Shown here piece by piece: positions 32,715 to 43,024 of a DNA stretch of 64,000 bases. Numbering within the stretch: position 1 is the stretch's first letter; each line of letters begins with the position of its first letter. Below the pieces are notes generated by a model. That model ran no database searches and was not told the DNA's origin. It worked only from the letters and a program-made list of their open reading frames with translations. This DNA comes from an uncultured delta proteobacterium (GTDB taxonomy: Bacteria > Myxococcota_A > Polyangia > Haliangiales > Haliangiaceae): NCBI GenBank assembly GCA_963848295.1, contig CAWKDB010000010.1, positions 2,208,001 through 2,272,000 of the forward strand, given 5' to 3'. Made by a program: the position numbers and the translations under genes.

Positions 32715-33368
32715 TCACGAGCCGGCGCGATGTTCGTGACTGAGGGCGGTTGCGACCGCAGGCTGACGCGCGAGCTCTGCCCAATACGGATGATAGTTGT
32801 TGCGCCCGTGCAGGAACGTCCACGGCGTGTCGTGCAGGCCCGGGCGTGTATCGATGTGGACAAACTGCTCTTGCGGGTACCAGCCGACGCCGACGTCGCT
32901 ATACGTCCGCCACAGATAGTCGCGAATCTCGCGCAGCTGGACGCCGCGGATCCGGAAGTCGACCGCGCGGCCATCGCGGTGCGGCGAGGTCGCCGATTCG
33001 CCGCGACCGACGCGATAACCCGAGACGTACTCGAGCGTCTTACCCGGATAGTGCTCCGAGACGTCGGCGAGCATCGCGAGCGTCTTCTGCGCGATCAGCT
33101 TCTCGAGGTGAGTGCGCCGGCAGCGGAACAGGCGCTTGACCTCGACCTTGGTGGCAGCGTCGGTCGAGCCGTCGCGCCAGATCGCGATCGTGCCGTGTTG
33201 ATGATCGTTCTCGTCGTAGAGCTTGACCTCGATCGGCCCCGACTCGTGGACGAGCACCGGGAGCAGCGCGTCGGTCGGCAGCGGTAGTGGCATCGCCGCG
33301 GCGGACATGCCCGCCATCGCCATCGTCGTCAGCTTCAGCTTGAGGATGATCGGCAACACGACGATCAA
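32715..33368 (-). CDS. YcbK/DUF882 peptidase M15 family protein
   Basis: VSGYR, SPH..GRAVDF, GVGWYP, FVHIDTR. Confidence 0.88.
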   Translation of the reverse strand: MIVVLPIILKLKLTTMAMAGMSAAAMPLPLPTDALLPVLVHESGPIEVKLYDENDHQHGTIAIWRDGSTDAATKVEVKRLFRCRRTHLEKLIAQKTLAMLADVSEHYPGKTLEYVSGYRVGRGESATSPHRDGRAVDFRIRGVQLREIRDYLWRTYSDVGVGWYPQEQFVHIDTRPGLHDTPWTFLHGRNNYHPYWAELARQPAVATALSHEHRAGS

Positions 33369-33419
33369 GACGCTATCGCGAGCTGCTTTGTAGTCAAACC
33401 GAATTCGAACGCCGGATTC

Positions 33420-33436
33420 TGTACGGATTCCGGACA
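33420..33436. promoter_or_regulatory. imperfect palindrome, putative regulator site
   Basis: TGTACGGATTCCGGACA in a divergent intergenic region; resembles 60173-60189. Confidence 0.45.
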
Positions 33437-33606
33437 GTTTCTGAATGCCACATCTGGCACGAAGTAGGTTCTGCGACGCGGCTTACCGCGATGACGAGCT
33501 GCTCGCGATCCATCCCACCTGTCGCACAGTGCGAGCTCCGACCGATGAACCTCACCGGTCGCGGGCTCTGGAAAGGATCGAACGCCAAGGGTACGGTCCG
33601 CTTTCA

Positions 33607-34770
33607 ATGCGCTTCACCGAAGAGCACGATCAGATCCGCCGCACGGTTCGCGAGTTCGTCGACAAAGAGGTCAACCCGCACATGGCGCGGTGGGACGAGG
33701 ACGGCGCGTTCCCGGCCCACGAGCTGTTCAAGAAAGCGGGACGACTCGGCCTGCTCGGCGTCAACAAGCCCGAAGCGTACGGCGGCCAAGGCCTCGACTA
33801 CTCGTATCAGATGGTGCTGACCGAAGAGCTCGGCACGTGCCACGGCGGATCGATCCCGATGGCACTCGGCGTCCAGACCGACATGGCGACGCCCGCGCTC
33901 GCGCGCTGGGGCAGCGACCCGCTCAAACGCGAGTTCCTCGCGCCCGCGATCGCCGGCGAGGTCGTGTGCTCGATCGCGGTCAGCGAGGTCTCGGGCGGCT
34001 CCGATGTCGCCGCGATCAAGACGGTCGCGCGCAAGGACGGCGGCGACTACGTCATCAACGGCTCGAAGATGTGGATCACGAACGCGGCGCAGGCCGATTG
34101 GCTGTGCCTGCTCGTCAACACGAGCGAAGCCGCCGTCCATCTCAACAAGACACTCGTGATCGTGCCGACGAAGACCGCCGGCGTCACGATCGGCCCGAAG
34201 ATCGACAAGCTCGGATGCCGCGCGTCGGATACCTGCCCGGTCTACTTCGAAGATGTCCGCGTGCCCCAGGCGAATCGGATCGGCGAAGAAGGCTCGGGCT
34301 TCATGATGCAGATGGTGCAGTTTCAAGAAGAGCGGCTGTGCGGCGCGACCGGATCGCTGCGCGGCATGGAGTCGCTGATCGACGCGACCGCCGCGTACTG
34401 CAAAGAGCGCCACACTTTCGGCCAGCCGTTGCTCGACAACCAAGTGATCCACTTCCGGCTCGCCGAGCTGCGCACCGAGGTCGAGGCGCTGCGCTCGCTG
34501 TGCTACCGCGCGGTCGAGGAGTACGTGGGCGGCAAGGACGTCACGATGCTCGCGTCGATGGCCAAGCTCAAGGCCGGGCGCTTGGTCCGCGAGGTCTCCG
34601 ATAGCTGCCTGCAGTACTGGGGCGGCATGGGATACACGTGGGACAATCCGGCCGCGCGGTCTTATCGCGATTCGCGCCTGCTCTCGATCGGCGGCGGCGC
34701 CGACGAGATCATGCTCGGCATCATCGCGAAGCTGATGGGCATTCTTCCGAGCAAACGAAAGAAACCATAA
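33607..34770 (+). CDS. acyl-CoA dehydrogenase
   Basis: SIAVSE..GGSDV, INGSKMWITN, KLG.RASDT, R.TFGQ, GGMGY, IGGGADEIM. Confidence 0.95.
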   Translation: MRFTEEHDQIRRTVREFVDKEVNPHMARWDEDGAFPAHELFKKAGRLGLLGVNKPEAYGGQGLDYSYQMVLTEELGTCHGGSIPMALGVQTDMATPALARWGSDPLKREFLAPAIAGEVVCSIAVSEVSGGSDVAAIKTVARKDGGDYVINGSKMWITNAAQADWLCLLVNTSEAAVHLNKTLVIVPTKTAGVTIGPKIDKLGCRASDTCPVYFEDVRVPQANRIGEEGSGFMMQMVQFQEERLCGATGSLRGMESLIDATAAYCKERHTFGQPLLDNQVIHFRLAELRTEVEALRSLCYRAVEEYVGGKDVTMLASMAKLKAGRLVREVSDSCLQYWGGMGYTWDNPAARSYRDSRLLSIGGGADEIMLGIIAKLMGILPSKRKKP

Positions 34771-34817
34771 CCATTCGCGTGATGACTTCGCCGCGACTTT
34801 TCCGCACGCTCTAGGCG

Positions 34818-36194
34818 ATGTCCCGCCTCGCGCCGCTCGCCGCCTGCGTGTTGGCAGCAGCGTGGTCCGCGGTCGCGTCTGCGGAGCCTGTTCCGGATGC
34901 GGTCGCGCCGGAGGTGGTCGTGATCTCGCCGAAACGGATCGCGGGGTTTCGCGTCCGCGGCAAATCGATCGTCACCGAGACCACCGTCGGCTATCTCGCC
35001 CACGTTCGCGTCGGCGACACGATCACGTCGGAGGACCTACCCGAGCTCGAAAAAGCGATGATGTCGAGCGAGCTGTTCGAGGTCGTCAAGATCACGCTCG
35101 AGGACACGCCCGATGGCGTGCTCGTCGTCGCCGAGCTCAAGGACAAGCTGCGTCAGATCGCCGCCCCGACCGTCTATATCGCGCCCGGCACCTGGTCGGT
35201 CGGCATCGGCTACGTCAACAACGATCTGCGAGGCGAAGACAAGAAGCTGCTGCTCTACGGTCAGGTCGGCAATCGCACGAACCTGTTCTATGGCGCGTAT
35301 CTCGATCCGTCCGTCAACGGCACGCCGCTGACGCTGCGGCTCGATCTCTACACGTATCAGATGATTCGCCCCGAGTACGCGAATCCCGTCGACGACCCCA
35401 CGAACTTCTCGGTCGCTCGTTATGTCACCGAGACGTTTCTCGACGCCGGAGCGCTCGTCGGTTGGCAATTCAAGTGGTGGCTGTCCGTCGACGCACGGTT
35501 GCGCGGCGCCTACGTCTACTTTCGCAAGGCGCACGCCGACGATGTCGACAACACCGCGCTCCCGCGGCCCGAGACGGATGGCTGGGACAACACGGCGCAG
35601 GTTCGCGTCACGATCGATCATCGGGTGCATCTGTTCGGGGTGACGAGCGGCGCCTACGCGCAGGCGTTCGCCGAGGCCTCGCTGCCAGAGCTCGACACCT
35701 ATCAGTACCAAGACACGTGGGTGCGCGCGTACTACAGCTGGAAGTTCTTCCAGGAGCACGAGCTCGAGCTGCGCGGCTTCGCGGGCGTCGGCCGGCACAT
35801 GCCGTTTCACGAAGAGCTGTCGAATGGAGGCGAATCGGATCTGCGCGGCTACGACGCCGATCAGTTTCGCGGCGACACGCAGCTGACCGGGCGCGCCGAG
35901 TATTCGGTACCGTTGTTCAAGCTCACGCCGCCGGTGATCGGTACGCTCGCGTTTCGCGCGAACGCGTTTTGGGACACCGGCTACGTCAAGTTCAACTTCC
36001 CGGATCGCAGCGGCATGCGGCAGTACTTGCCCGGCGAGCTCGACGGCAATTCCTGGTTTCGCAACGACGTCGGCGTCGGGTTTCGGGTCTATCTCAAGTC
36101 GGTCGTGCTCCCGCTGCTCGGCGTCGACCTCGGCTATGGCATCGAGGGCCACAGCCCGGAGGTCTACTTCGCGCTGGGGCTGACCGACTTCTAG
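34818..36194 (+). CDS. Omp85/BamA-TamA family protein with a single POTRA domain
   Basis: Signal peptide, one POTRA-like segment, LRGY motif, FWDTG, GVGFR..GVDLGYG, C-terminal YFALGLTDF. Confidence 0.85.
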   Translation: MSRLAPLAACVLAAAWSAVASAEPVPDAVAPEVVVISPKRIAGFRVRGKSIVTETTVGYLAHVRVGDTITSEDLPELEKAMMSSELFEVVKITLEDTPDGVLVVAELKDKLRQIAAPTVYIAPGTWSVGIGYVNNDLRGEDKKLLLYGQVGNRTNLFYGAYLDPSVNGTPLTLRLDLYTYQMIRPEYANPVDDPTNFSVARYVTETFLDAGALVGWQFKWWLSVDARLRGAYVYFRKAHADDVDNTALPRPETDGWDNTAQVRVTIDHRVHLFGVTSGAYAQAFAEASLPELDTYQYQDTWVRAYYSWKFFQEHELELRGFAGVGRHMPFHEELSNGGESDLRGYDADQFRGDTQLTGRAEYSVPLFKLTPPVIGTLAFRANAFWDTGYVKFNFPDRSGMRQYLPGELDGNSWFRNDVGVGFRVYLKSVVLPLLGVDLGYGIEGHSPEVYFALGLTDF

Positions 36195-36296
36195 TCGCCG
36201 GCGTCTACATCCGGCGTGTGCGCGCACATCGCCGTACCGACAGCGTGTGACCGCAGAGACTATCGACGATTCAGCGACGACGGTATCCTGGAGGTG

Positions 36297-38198
36297 ATGG
36301 GCCAATCTCGCGTCGTCGTTGCAGTCCTAGCGTTGTCGGCGTGCGGTCACCACGAAAACCCCGGTCCCGGCGGCGCCGATGGCGGTGCGATCACCGCACT
36401 GGCGATCACACCGCCGGCCGCGACCGTCGCGCTCACCGCGAATGCCGGCGACTACAGCGCGACGCAACCCTACGAAGTCACCGCGACATACGCCGACGGA
36501 TCGACCGGCGACGTGACCGCCGACGTCACGTTTGCAGTCGACGATGCGAACGCGGTGAGCTTCGCGAGCTAGCTCGCGACCGTCATCGCTGCGGGCCACT
36601 ACAACATCACCGCGACGCTGCAAGCGGGCACGACCGCCACGGCGACGCTCGACGCGACGTTGACCGACTCCGGTTTCGGCACCGGCTTCGATGCGAACGA
36701 CCAAGCGCTGCTCGATGGCTCGCCGGTCGCAACCCAGACTCCGACGATCGCGTATCCGCTCGCCGGTGCGTTGTTCCCGGTCAACGTCTCGCCGATCTCG
36801 ATCCAGGCGCAGAAGTCCGATCCGTCGCAGACCCTCGCGCGCATCGAGCTGACGTCTGGATCCCTGCTGTCATATCGCTACTACGCGCCGTGTACCGCGT
36901 CGCCGAACCCCGGCACGTTTCCGAACGCGTGCATCGTATCGATCACCGGATCGTTCGCGACCCAGCTCGCGGGAGTCAGCGAGAGCGGCGACGTCTCGCT
37001 CGCGGTCCGGCTCGTCGCGCCCGATGGCAGCATGCTCGGCGAGTCGTCGCCGATCGCGCTCGCGTGGGCCAAGACCAAGCTGACCGGCGGTCTGTACTAC
37101 TGGACGACCGCGGGCACGGGCGACACGACGTTCAACACCGCGATCGCGCGCTACGACTTTGCCGGCGACACCTCGACCCCGGCGATCTACCTGTCGAGCG
37201 CGAGCGCGCCGGCGGTGCCAGCGGGCCAGACCCAGTGCATCGGCTGCCACGCCGTGTCGCCCGACGGCAGCAAGCTGTCGTTCTCGCTCGGCGGCAGTCT
37301 CCCCGGTTACTTCTCGCTGTTCGATGTGGCGACGACGACGCCGATCGCGACCGACATGACGAACAAGTTCGCCGTCATGTCGACGTTCTCGCCCGACGGA
37401 TCGAGCGAAGTCACGATGAGCTACGGGGACCTCACGATGCGAACCGCGGACGACACGCTCGGCGTCGTCACCGATCCGCTGTTCCCCGAGGTCGCCGAGC
37501 AAAAGAGCCACCCATTCTGGAGCCCGTCGGGCAACAAGTTCGCGTTCGTATCGTGGGTGCCGTCCGAGGCCGACATCACCGCCGGCCAGGTCACCGGTGA
37601 TATGGTGCAAGGCGCGCAGATCTGGATCGCGCCCGTCAGCGGCACGAAGATGGGCACGGCGACCATGCTGGTGCCGCGCGCGCCCGGAGTGACGAGCTAC
37701 TACCCGTCGATCAGCGATGACGACAACTTCGTCGTGTTCGACCAATCGAGCTGCAGCGGGCCGGCCAACACCCCGGGCGGCTGGGGCCAAGGCCCGTGCG
37801 ACGGTTACAACGATATCTCGGCGACGCTGCACCTCGTGTCGACCGGCGGCGGCACACCGGTCGCGCTGACGAATGCCAATGGCGGCGACTCGCCGCTCAC
37901 GACAAACTCGTGGCCGCGCTGGAGTCCGGATCACGGCGAGTTCCGCGGCAAGCGCCTCTACTGGGTCGCGTACTCCTCACGGCGCGGCTACGGGCTGTCA
38001 CTCTCGGCGGGCACCGGCGCGGATACGACGAAGCCACAGTTGTGGTTTGCCGCCGTCGCGGTCGACGATAGCGGTGCGATGCCGACCTCCGATCCGAGCT
38101 TCGCGCCGGTCTGGTTGCCCGGACAGGATCCGAACCTCGCGGGCCCGCGCGGCAATCACACGCCGGCGTGGACGTCGAAGGTCGTCGTCATCCAGTAG
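36297..38198 (+). pseudogene. Ig-like + TolB/PD40 propeller lipoprotein interrupted by an in-frame TAG at 36570-36572
   Basis: ORFs 36216-36572 and 36660-38198 share a frame and the sequence between them stays coding-like; lipobox LSAC; CIGCH, SPDG and WPRWSP motifs. Confidence 0.75.
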
Positions 38199-38274
38199 AT
38201 CCCGGCTACTGGGCCGCTCGCCATGGCTCGTCGGCATGCCACCTGGGACGGTCCAGGTTTCATCGGGTTAGCCG

Positions 38275-38290
38275 CGGCATGGATGGTGCT
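38275..38290 (+). promoter_or_regulatory. sigma54 -24/-12 promoter
   Basis: cGG-CATGGATGGT-GCt upstream of an AGGA SD and ATG 38315. Confidence 0.65.
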
Positions 38291-38314
38291 CTTTGTCGCT
38301 ATCAGGACACCACG

Positions 38315-38815
38315 ATGCGCACGCTGACCATCGCCCTAGCCGTCGCGTTCACCGCGCTCGCGCCGTCCGCGGCCCGGGCCGCCGCGCTACAGGGTGTGGC
38401 TGACCCCGACGTTCACGTCACGGTAACAACTCCGACCGTCGATGCCGCGCGACGGATGGCGCACGCGGACACGATCCGCCACGTGCTGGTCGATGCGTTC
38501 AAGTGCGCCGCTGCGGTGCGCGGCGAGTTCGGCTTCGATGTCTCGGTGACGAAGCTGTCGATCGACACCGTGCGCGGCCACATCGAGATTTCGGCCGAGC
38601 TCCACGTCGTGCTCTCGGATCGCAACGGCAACATCTTGGCGTACGTCACCGGCGCGGCGGTGGTCGAAGCGCCGAACCACGCGCGCGCCCCCGAGCAGAT
38701 CGCGCACCTCGAGCACGAGGCGATCGCAGAAGCGGCAGACGGTCTGATCCATCCGTTGCGCGTCCAGCTGCTGCGCACTGCCGCTCGCCGCGCCGAGCTG
38801 CTCGCGTCGAGGTAG
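38315..38815 (+). CDS. hypothetical exported protein
   Basis: Signal peptide MRTLTIALAVAFTALAPSAARA. Confidence 0.7.
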   Translation: MRTLTIALAVAFTALAPSAARAAALQGVADPDVHVTVTTPTVDAARRMAHADTIRHVLVDAFKCAAAVRGEFGFDVSVTKLSIDTVRGHIEISAELHVVLSDRNGNILAYVTGAAVVEAPNHARAPEQIAHLEHEAIAEAADGLIHPLRVQLLRTAARRAELLASR

Positions 38816-38831
38816 AGGGGCCCGTTCCGGC

Positions 38832-40277
38832 CTACGGCAAGATCTCGAGCGTGAGATCGACCACGTGCTTGGTTCCGTCCAAGTTCGTCAGCGGATTGAT
38901 CGTCTTGGCCTTCGAGGCATCGCGAATCCGGGCGCTGCCGGCCAACAACGCGGAGCGCGAGAACACGTCGCCCTTGTGCACGCCTAACATCTCGAGGTAG
39001 CGCTTCGCATCCGCCGGGGAGACGCCAGTGACCGCGAGCTTGCCGATCCGATACTGCGCGCCTTCGACGATCGCGAACGCCGCGTTCGCATGATCGCCGG
39101 TCGGCGGTGCGATCGTCACGGTCGCTTGGAGATAGCCGTGGTCGTAGTAATACCCGAGCACGAGCCCCTTGGCGCGCTCGATCCGATCGTCGAGCCAAGG
39201 CGTCGCGCCCGCGACGGTGCCGTCGAGCGCTTTCGTGAGCTCGGCGCGCGATGCGTGTGTGTTACCGGCAAAGGTCACCCCTGCGATCGTCACCGCAGTG
39301 CCCGGCGTGATGTCGATCATGACGTCGACGCGTCCAGCGCCGGCCGGCGACGCGCTCCAAGCCGCGTTCGCGGCGCGGTAACCTCGTGCGAGGTAGCGAT
39401 CGCGCAGCTGCTCGGTCATCGTCCCCAACAGGCCGGGATCGAGCGGCAACCCCGTCGCGGCACCGAATACGCCCGACACGGCGAAGGGTAGGCCGGTGCC
39501 TTCGCGAGCGGCGAGCGCATGGACGATCGGCTGCGCCGTGAGCGCGATCGTGAGCACAACCCCGTCCGCGCGCTGGGTCGCTCGCGCCGAGACCTCCGAC
39601 ACGCCGCGTACGCCGAGCACGCCGGTGAGCTCGTCGCGCAGGCGCCCGCGCTCGATCGCGGTGGCGCCGACCTCCGGTGCAACGAGCGCGCGAGCCGCCG
39701 CGCGCAACGCCGGGTCGCCACCGGTGACCTCGACCGCGCGAATCGGCCCCGATAACGCCGTCCACGCGACTTCGGACGCGATCGGCGCGAGCGCCGGCGG
39801 CTTCTCGATGTGGTGCTTCGGCCGTTCGCCGTCGAGCCAGCGCTGCTTCGCGGCGGCAGCCTGTTCCGGCGTGCCGCGCAGCTGGTCGCCGATCAAGACG
39901 TTGAGTGCACGCAGCACCACGAGCTGACGCGTGAGCTCCGCGCGATAGCTCGCGCGCGTGTAGTGCTGGCTCGCGAGCGCGGCGTCGAGGCCGGCGTCGT
40001 CGACGTTGTTCTGCTTCTTGATCTCGACCATCGCCGCATCGGTCTCGGCGTCGCTGACCGTCACGCCGCGCTCCACCCCGGCGGCGGCGACGATCGCGTC
40101 GTCGATCGCGAGGTCGGCCGTCGTCGAGCGTTCGTCGAGCTGGCTCTGCCAGATCGGAGTTGTATCGACGAGCGCGGCGACGCGATCGAGCCGGGCGACC
40201 GAACCGACCTTCGCGTGACCATCGGCGGCGGCGAGGCGAGCGGCGCAGATGACCGCGATCGCGACGGCGCGCATCAC
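38832..40277 (-). CDS. SurA N-terminal domain + POTRA repeats, no barrel
   Basis: LDRVAALVD..I..SQL and GVTVSDAE.D....IKKQN (SurA_N); Y..RGY, VTFAGN, YYDHGY and EGAQYRIG (POTRA). Confidence 0.75.
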   Translation of the reverse strand: MMRAVAIAVICAARLAAADGHAKVGSVARLDRVAALVDTTPIWQSQLDERSTTADLAIDDAIVAAAGVERGVTVSDAETDAAMVEIKKQNNVDDAGLDAALASQHYTRASYRAELTRQLVVLRALNVLIGDQLRGTPEQAAAAKQRWLDGERPKHHIEKPPALAPIASEVAWTALSGPIRAVEVTGGDPALRAAARALVAPEVGATAIERGRLRDELTGVLGVRGVSEVSARATQRADGVVLTIALTAQPIVHALAAREGTGLPFAVSGVFGAATGLPLDPGLLGTMTEQLRDRYLARGYRAANAAWSASPAGAGRVDVMIDITPGTAVTIAGVTFAGNTHASRAELTKALDGTVAGATPWLDDRIERAKGLVLGYYYDHGYLQATVTIAPPTGDHANAAFAIVEGAQYRIGKLAVTGVSPADAKRYLEMLGVHKGDVFSRSALLAGSARIRDASKAKTINPLTNLDGTKHVVDLTLEILP

Positions 40278-41599
40278 TCGGGAACGATGCCGCCGATCGG
40301 CACCCAGATCGTTTCGCCAGATCCGCCGACTTCGAGCTCGTAGTAACCCTGCAGCAATTGGACGACCGTCGCCGATTGCATCAAGCCATTCGGGCCCGGT
40401 ACGAGCACGCGCGCACCCGGGGCCACCTTCGACGGAATCTCGCCGGCGACCGACGAGCCCGATCCGATCGAGCTGACGCCGATGCCGGAGGAGCCGATCG
40501 CTCCCATCCCGATTCCCATGATCGAACCGCGGGGCTCGTCGGGCTCGGGCTCCGGCTCGGACTGCGCCGGCGGACGCGGCATCGGCTTGTTGCCCATCGC
40601 GTCGAGCGCACTCGCGATCGCCATCACCGCCGACTCGGTTCCGGCTGGCACTTCGATCGATCCGGCGCGTCGCGCTTCCGGCGGCGGCGTGGTCGGGATT
40701 CGCTGCGGCGTGGCCGGCGGTTCGACGGGCGCCTTGGCGCGCACGATGATCTCGCCGGAGGCCTGGGTCGGCGGATTACTACCCGCGCGCAGCGTCGGCG
40801 CATCGGGCGGTATCGGCGGCGCGCTGTGATGGCGCGGCGTCGACCGACTGTCGCCGGCAGGCTGGGTGGAGGCCCTCGGCGTCGGCTCGGCCTGTGGCTG
40901 CGAGCCGTAACGGCGATTCGCGGGAATCCGCCCGGTCTCGCTGCTCGGATCGGCGGCCCACTCGTCGTCGTTCGCCGACGGTCGCGAGCCGGTTGGCCAC
41001 GCGTTGCCGTCATCCGCCGTGATCGAAATGTGGCCCATGCGGATGAGCTCGACGCCGAACACCGCGCCCGCCGCCGGGTTGTATGCGATCAGCTCTTCGA
41101 TCACGTTCGCGAGCATCGCCGGATCGGTGACCGCCTGCGGCGTACCTCCGAGCACGACCCGGCGAGTGAGCAAACGCGCGAGCATCCGCTCGACCGAGCG
41201 CGACACGCTGCGCAGTACGCCTTCGTTGACCGAATCGAACGGCAGTCCGACGAACTGCGCGATCAGCAGTCCCGGATCGCCACACCGGACTTGGAGCGAG
41301 CCCTGGGCATGCAGCCGCACCGACTGGCCGCTCGTGGGGATCGTGAACGTCGTGACCATGTCGAACGACACTTCGACCGGCGCGGTGAGGACGAAGAACG
41401 CAGCCACCGGTCGACTCGGATCGGGCGTGCGCCAGCGATGCCGGCCGGGTCCCAGCCGCTCGCCGACGGTCCAGGCTGGACACATCACGACTTGCTCGTC
41501 GTCGGCACAGGCCACTTCGCACTCCGGGCCGATCGGAAACGGCCAGGCGTAGACGAGGTGGTCGGTCGCGACGGAGTCGCGCGCGAGGACCGTCATCAC
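40274..41599 (-). CDS. hypothetical protein: SPFH-like N-terminus, Pro-rich linker, Tudor/SH3-like C-terminus
   Basis: LGPGRH and VRL.A.G...VR..DP (SPFH-like); terminal PGARVLV...ATVVQ...Y.L...G..IWVP. Confidence 0.55.
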   Translation of the reverse strand: MMTVLARDSVATDHLVYAWPFPIGPECEVACADDEQVVMCPAWTVGERLGPGRHRWRTPDPSRPVAAFFVLTAPVEVSFDMVTTFTIPTSGQSVRLHAQGSLQVRCGDPGLLIAQFVGLPFDSVNEGVLRSVSRSVERMLARLLTRRVVLGGTPQAVTDPAMLANVIEELIAYNPAAGAVFGVELIRMGHISITADDGNAWPTGSRPSANDDEWAADPSSETGRIPANRRYGSQPQAEPTPRASTQPAGDSRSTPRHHSAPPIPPDAPTLRAGSNPPTQASGEIIVRAKAPVEPPATPQRIPTTPPPEARRAGSIEVPAGTESAVMAIASALDAMGNKPMPRPPAQSEPEPEPDEPRGSIMGIGMGAIGSSGIGVSSIGSGSSVAGEIPSKVAPGARVLVPGPNGLMQSATVVQLLQGYYELEVGGSGETIWVPIGGIVPE

Positions 41600-41670
41600 G
41601 GTCGATACTACAGGATCTGGCGGGAAGGATCCGTCGGGGCGGTGCGTAACAAGGGCGAGTCAGATTCGGA

Positions 41671-42985
41671 TCAAGGGGCCGGGTTGTCGACGGCGGCGTC
41701 CGGTGCCACCGGATGGATCCGTACGCGCCTGACCCGCCGCGGCGATGCTTCGATCACCTCGAGCACGGTGCCGTTCTCGATCGCGAGCTTCTCGCCCGCC
41801 TGCGGGATCGCCTGCGCGAGCGACATGCACAGGCCGGCGATCGTCGTGCGATCTCTGCCGACCGGCAGGTCGAGGTGGAGGTCGCGGTTGACCTTGCGCA
41901 CCGCCGCCCAACCCTGGACGAGGATCGTCCCGCTCGGCTCGCGCACGAAGTAGACTCTCCGGCACGTCGTCTTCGTTCATGATGTCGCCGACGAGCTCTT
42001 CGATCAGATCCTCGGTCGTCACGAGCCCGGACAGCCCGCCGTTGTCATCGATCACGATCGCCATCTGCGTGCGCCGGCGCTGCATCTCGCGTAGCAGATC
42101 GAGCGCCCGCGTCGACTCCGGAACCTTGTGCGCGGGTCGCAAGATGTCTTCGAGCACGACGAGGCCCTTCTCCCAGACGATCGCGAGCACGTCGCGCGCG
42201 ACGACGTAGCCGGTGATGTTGTCGATGTTGCCGTCGTAGACCGGCATCCGCGTGTGGCCCTCTTCGAGGATCGTGCGCTGCACCTCCTCGGCCGGCGACG
42301 ATCGGCGCAGCGCCACGACGCGATTGCGCGGCACCATCACCTCGGCGACCGTGACTTCGCCAAAGCCGAGCGCGCGCGATGCGATCTCGCTCGCCCGCGG
42401 ATCGACCGAGCCGGTCTTCGCCGCCTCTTCGACGAGTTGTTGCAGCTCGTCTTTCGACAACCGGGCTTCGGTGAAGGTCGTGCGATCGCCGAAGATCCGC
42501 AGGACGAGGTTCGACACGAGCGTGAGCAGCCAGACCAGCGGCCGCATCAACTGCGAGAGCGCGAGCAGCGGTCGGGCGACGAACCCCGAATAACGATCGC
42601 TGTAACGCAAGCCGAGTGACTTCGGGACGAGCTCGCCGATCACGAGCTCCAAGAACGTGACGAGCGCGATGATCGTCGCGAACGACAGGCTGGGGCTCCA
42701 GCTCCCCGCGCCGAGCCGCGTGTACGTCGGCTCGAGGCTGTGCTCCATCCGCGCGCCACCGACGGCGGCGGCGGTCGTGCCGAGCAACGTCATGGCGATC
42801 TGCACGGTCGCGAGAAAGCGCTCGGGCGTATCGCGCAGCTTCGTGACCGCGAGTGCGCGCCGGTCCTTGCGCCGCGCGAGCTCGCGCAAGCGCGTCTTCC
42901 GAACGGACAGCACGGCGATCTCTGCGCCGGCGAAAAGGCCGTTCGCCATGAGCAACCCCACCACGATCAGCAACTCGGAGCCCAT
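41671..42985 (-). CDS. hemolysin/CNNM family transporter (DUF21-CBS-CorC), split by a +1 frameshift near 41956
   Basis: NGLFAGAEIA, FLATVQI, GELVPK, HTRMPVY, GLVTTEDLIEELVG; the CorC domain is in ORF 41671-41946 (TTIAG, IP.AGE). Confidence 0.9.
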
Positions 42986-43024
42986 AGCGTGCCCGTGCGG
43001 AGCATACGCTATATGCTCGACGCG

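Noticed and set aside
33454..33468. TGGCACG sigma54-like -24 element
   Set aside because: The -12 position reads GT rather than GC, and it is too close to the upstream palindrome.
36570..36572. Pyrrolysine or genome-wide TAG recoding
   Set aside because: TAG terminates many normal genes in the window (for example 17490, 18276, 44734), and no pyl genes are present.
37237..37251. CxxCH (CIGCH) as a heme c site
   Set aside because: A single motif at the start of a propeller region with no cytochrome context; heme attachment cannot be supported from sequence alone.
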